A stretch of DNA of 63,951 nt, the filler included, from Circinaria calcarea (taxonomy: Eukaryota), in NCBI GenBank assembly GCA_051942165.1. It is 4 parts of 4 records of this genome, joined end to end, with 100 filler letters (N's around TTAATTAATTAA, not from the genome) between each part and the next. Parts side by side here need not be neighbours in the genome. Positions count along the whole stretch, not along the records: positions 50,169 to 63,951 come from JAVECS010000473.1; 3 more parts are not named here. One strand, given 5' to 3'. Each line of letters starts with the position of its first letter. Position 1 is the stretch's first letter. The notes beneath the pieces were generated by a model. It worked only from the letters and a program-made list of their open reading frames with translations, did no database searches and was not told the DNA's origin. Shown here one piece after another: positions 61,226 through 63,951 of the stretch. The translations under genes and the position numbers were made by a program.

Positions 61226-63413
61226 ATGGCCGACGCAGCGACTACTTCGCCCCTGGCAGCGACCACTGCTCACGATCCAGCTGCAGCAGTAGAGGGCAAG
61301 ACTGAGGTCGCAGACGCGCCGGTCGAGGGTATCAAAGAACAGTCGAGCGCTGTTACTGATGGTGATGGCATTGGTGACGAGGGTAAGAATCTGCCCCAGT
61401 GACATGAGCCTTTTCCGAGAGGTGAACGGTAGCTAACATAATTGGCAAATCTAGCCACTGGTGATACCAACCACGACAGCGAGCATCACGATACCGTAGA
61501 TGAGTCTGCCGACCAAGAAGAAGGAAAGGAAGATGCCGAGACCAAGAATACTACGAACAACACCGAGGTCGCTGCTACAGAGTCTGTCCTTGCTGCATCT
61601 AACACGAATGGAACGCCTGCCTCAACCAAGAAGACGAGTAACGGTTCTTCGAAGAAGAAGTCCTCGATGATACCAGAACACAAGACGAAGAAACTGAATA
61701 GGAAGAAGTCTAAGCCAGTTTTGCGTTTAGATGCAAAGCCCGGAGAGCTTTATTTAGCACGACTGAAAGGTCATCAACCATGGCCGTCTATCATCTGCGA
61801 CGAGGAGATGCTGCCTCAGATTCTTCTCAATAGCCGACCAATCACGACTGCGCAGCCAGATGGCACCTACAAAAAGCCCGAGTACGAGGATGGAGGCAAG
61901 CGAGCATATGAGAGAACCTTTCCGATCATGTTCCTGTAAGCTCATTATACTATCACAAAATATTACTATTCTAACGTTACTAGGCATACTAACGAATTGT
62001 GAGTTATTTCGATGCGGTGTCGGAGGAGAAATTTTAGAATCACTCCCACAAAGCAGCTCCACCAGCTTACCGTACTAACTCATGAGTTATAGTGCTTGGA
62101 TCGTCAACACAGAGCTCACGCCGGTGACACCCGAGGAATGTAAAGAAGTCCCAGAGAAAGGGAAAACCAAGAGCCTCATCGAAGCATATAAGATTGCGGC
62201 GGAGGATCATGACCTTGCCTACTTCAAAGAGATGTTGGCCGACCATATGAATGCTATGCAAGAAGATGCAGATGCCCGTGCAGAGCGAGAGGCGAAGAAG
62301 GCTAGTAAGGCAAAGAGAAAGAGTATGGAGGCGACGACTGCTGAAGCCGATGGCCGAGACGCTGACGAGATGGACCTTGACGATGAGGCGACCACCTCTA
62401 AGCCCAAGTCTAAGAAGAGAAAGAAGAGCCTTGATAGTGACGAACCCGAAGAAAAGGTCAGTACTTAGGCCGGGTATGCTTGAAGCTTCGTCGACTAACA
62501 GATAGTCAGCCGGCAAAGACCCCAAAAACCAGCACGAAGCTCAAGCTATCCACCCCCAAGACTCCAGCTACTGAGACAGCCACTAAGAAAAAGGCGACCA
62601 AGCCCAAGGCTGGCTCAAGGAAATCATCTGCAAAGGTCAATGGAGGTAGCGATGATGAAATGATTGATACTCCAAAAGTAGAAGAAAAACCTCTTACTCC
62701 AGCTGAGGCCAAGGACAAGAAGGAAAAAGAGAGTAAGCTGGTTTTTGTCCACGACATTCTCATGTGCTGACAACATAGTACGCTACTATCGTCACAAGCT
62801 CCAGAAGGGGTTCTTGTCGAGGGACACAGTACCTGCGGAAGAGGAAATTAAAGTAGGATTCTATGCCTCTTATTTTCAGGACTTCATACTAACGTAGAAA
62901 TAGTCGATGTCTACCTACCTCACCAAGCTTGAGACTTATCCTGATCTCGAAGGCAGTATTATCCGTGCCACAAAAATCCACAAAGTCCTCAAAGCTATGA
63001 TTAGACTTTCATCAATCCCAAAGGACGAGGATCACCAATTCAAGAAGCGTTCTCACGAGCTCCTTGCAAAGTGGAATAAGATTCTCCAAGAAGATCCTTC
63101 TGCAGCCGACAAGGACGATGACGCCAAAGGGGAAGATGTCACCACCAATGGAGTGAGCAAGGACGTAGAAGAGCAAGCTACCATGGCCGAGGCTGGAGAA
63201 GCAGCTGCTCCGGAAGAGGAGAAGAAAGAGGATCTTGAGAAGAGAATCGGCACCACTGTTGAAGGTGAAAAAGAAGCAGGTGAGAAGACCACATCTGCCG
63301 AAGCCGCGGAAACAAAGGGAACCGAGGCACCAGAAACCGATGAACCAGACGTGGAAAGCGCACCGGAGAAGGAGTATCAGCCACCTGCAGAAACTCTCGA
63401 GGCGACTGCCTAA
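61226..63413 (+). CDS. PWWP-domain chromatin protein (Pdp3-like) with C-terminal TFIIS-N/IBD-like helical domain
   Basis: YLARLKGHQPWPSIICDEEMLP, FPIMFLHTNEFAWIVNTEL, YYRHKLQKGFL and IIRATKIHKVLKAMIRL...FKKRSHELLAKWNK. Multi-exon. Confidence 0.88.
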
Positions 63414-63951
63414 GTCCGGCCGCAGATCGTCCGTCCTCACTTGGTAGATACCTGGACATGCCAGTAGTGCCATTCGACAAATTGTCTACCCGTCAGCTAT
63501 TGGAGAAATCTATTCTCAAAAAATTTCATACGTTGCTCAGTCCAGTCCAGTCGGCCCAGGGTGCAATCAGATGAGGCAGTGAGAACTCCCTTGCAAGGTT
63601 GTAATCTATCTAGCACACACCCCTCTTATCGACTGGCTGTGGAAACGCGACACCATTTCCCCCAACTTTGTTTGCTTTTGCCGGGCTACGTGTGTATGAA
63701 AGGGAGTCAAGGAATGTCATACTGTCCGTCTTTCTGCTTACCTGACCCTTGCCCTTCTCGTTGAGCTGATGGTAGGACGAAGGGAAGGAGAGGCTACTCA
63801 GTGGATCAGGCAAGACAGATTGACGGTGGTTGTGAACTGCCTACGTGGACTGCCTTTGTGAATATCGTGCCGTGCCATTCGGAGGATAATTTGGTTCTCG
63901 AGAGCTTGGGGTGTTTTCTGCTCGGATTTGCAAAGGAGGGGGAGGAGGGGG

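Overview
Intron-rich nuclear DNA of a filamentous ascomycete (Pezizomycotina; no finer assignment is possible from sequence alone). The window is not one locus. It is four contigs (1-16647, 16748-33364, 33465-50068, 50169-63951) joined by artificial N44-TTAATTAATTAA-N44 linkers, apparently sorted by length. Most of the ~25 genes are housekeeping: CCDC25-like, Skg6/Tos2-like, CRM1, SPC25, RRN6, KipA kinesin, KIN28, two J-proteins, a lipase, SDH6, VHC1, AVT3/4, an APH-family kinase, MSH1, FCY1, HEM12, TRM82, RPP0, a G-patch protein, BRR2 and a PWWP protein. Five things stand out. (1) Beside an AT-rich RIP-like relic lies a secreted chimeric gene (34160-35348): two fungal Cys-rich modules fused to an intronless domain that looks bacterial, with a single in-frame TAG at codon 36. 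(2) The CCDC25-like gene appears to need a 1-nucleotide exon. (3) YDJ1 carries an ~90-aa coiled-coil/Pro-rich insertion. (4) There are other splicing oddities: two GC-AG introns and a 15-nt microexon containing TACTAAC. (5) C-rich-to-G-rich skew-flip islands recur regardless of gene orientation. Family calls come from recalled motifs, not database searches.
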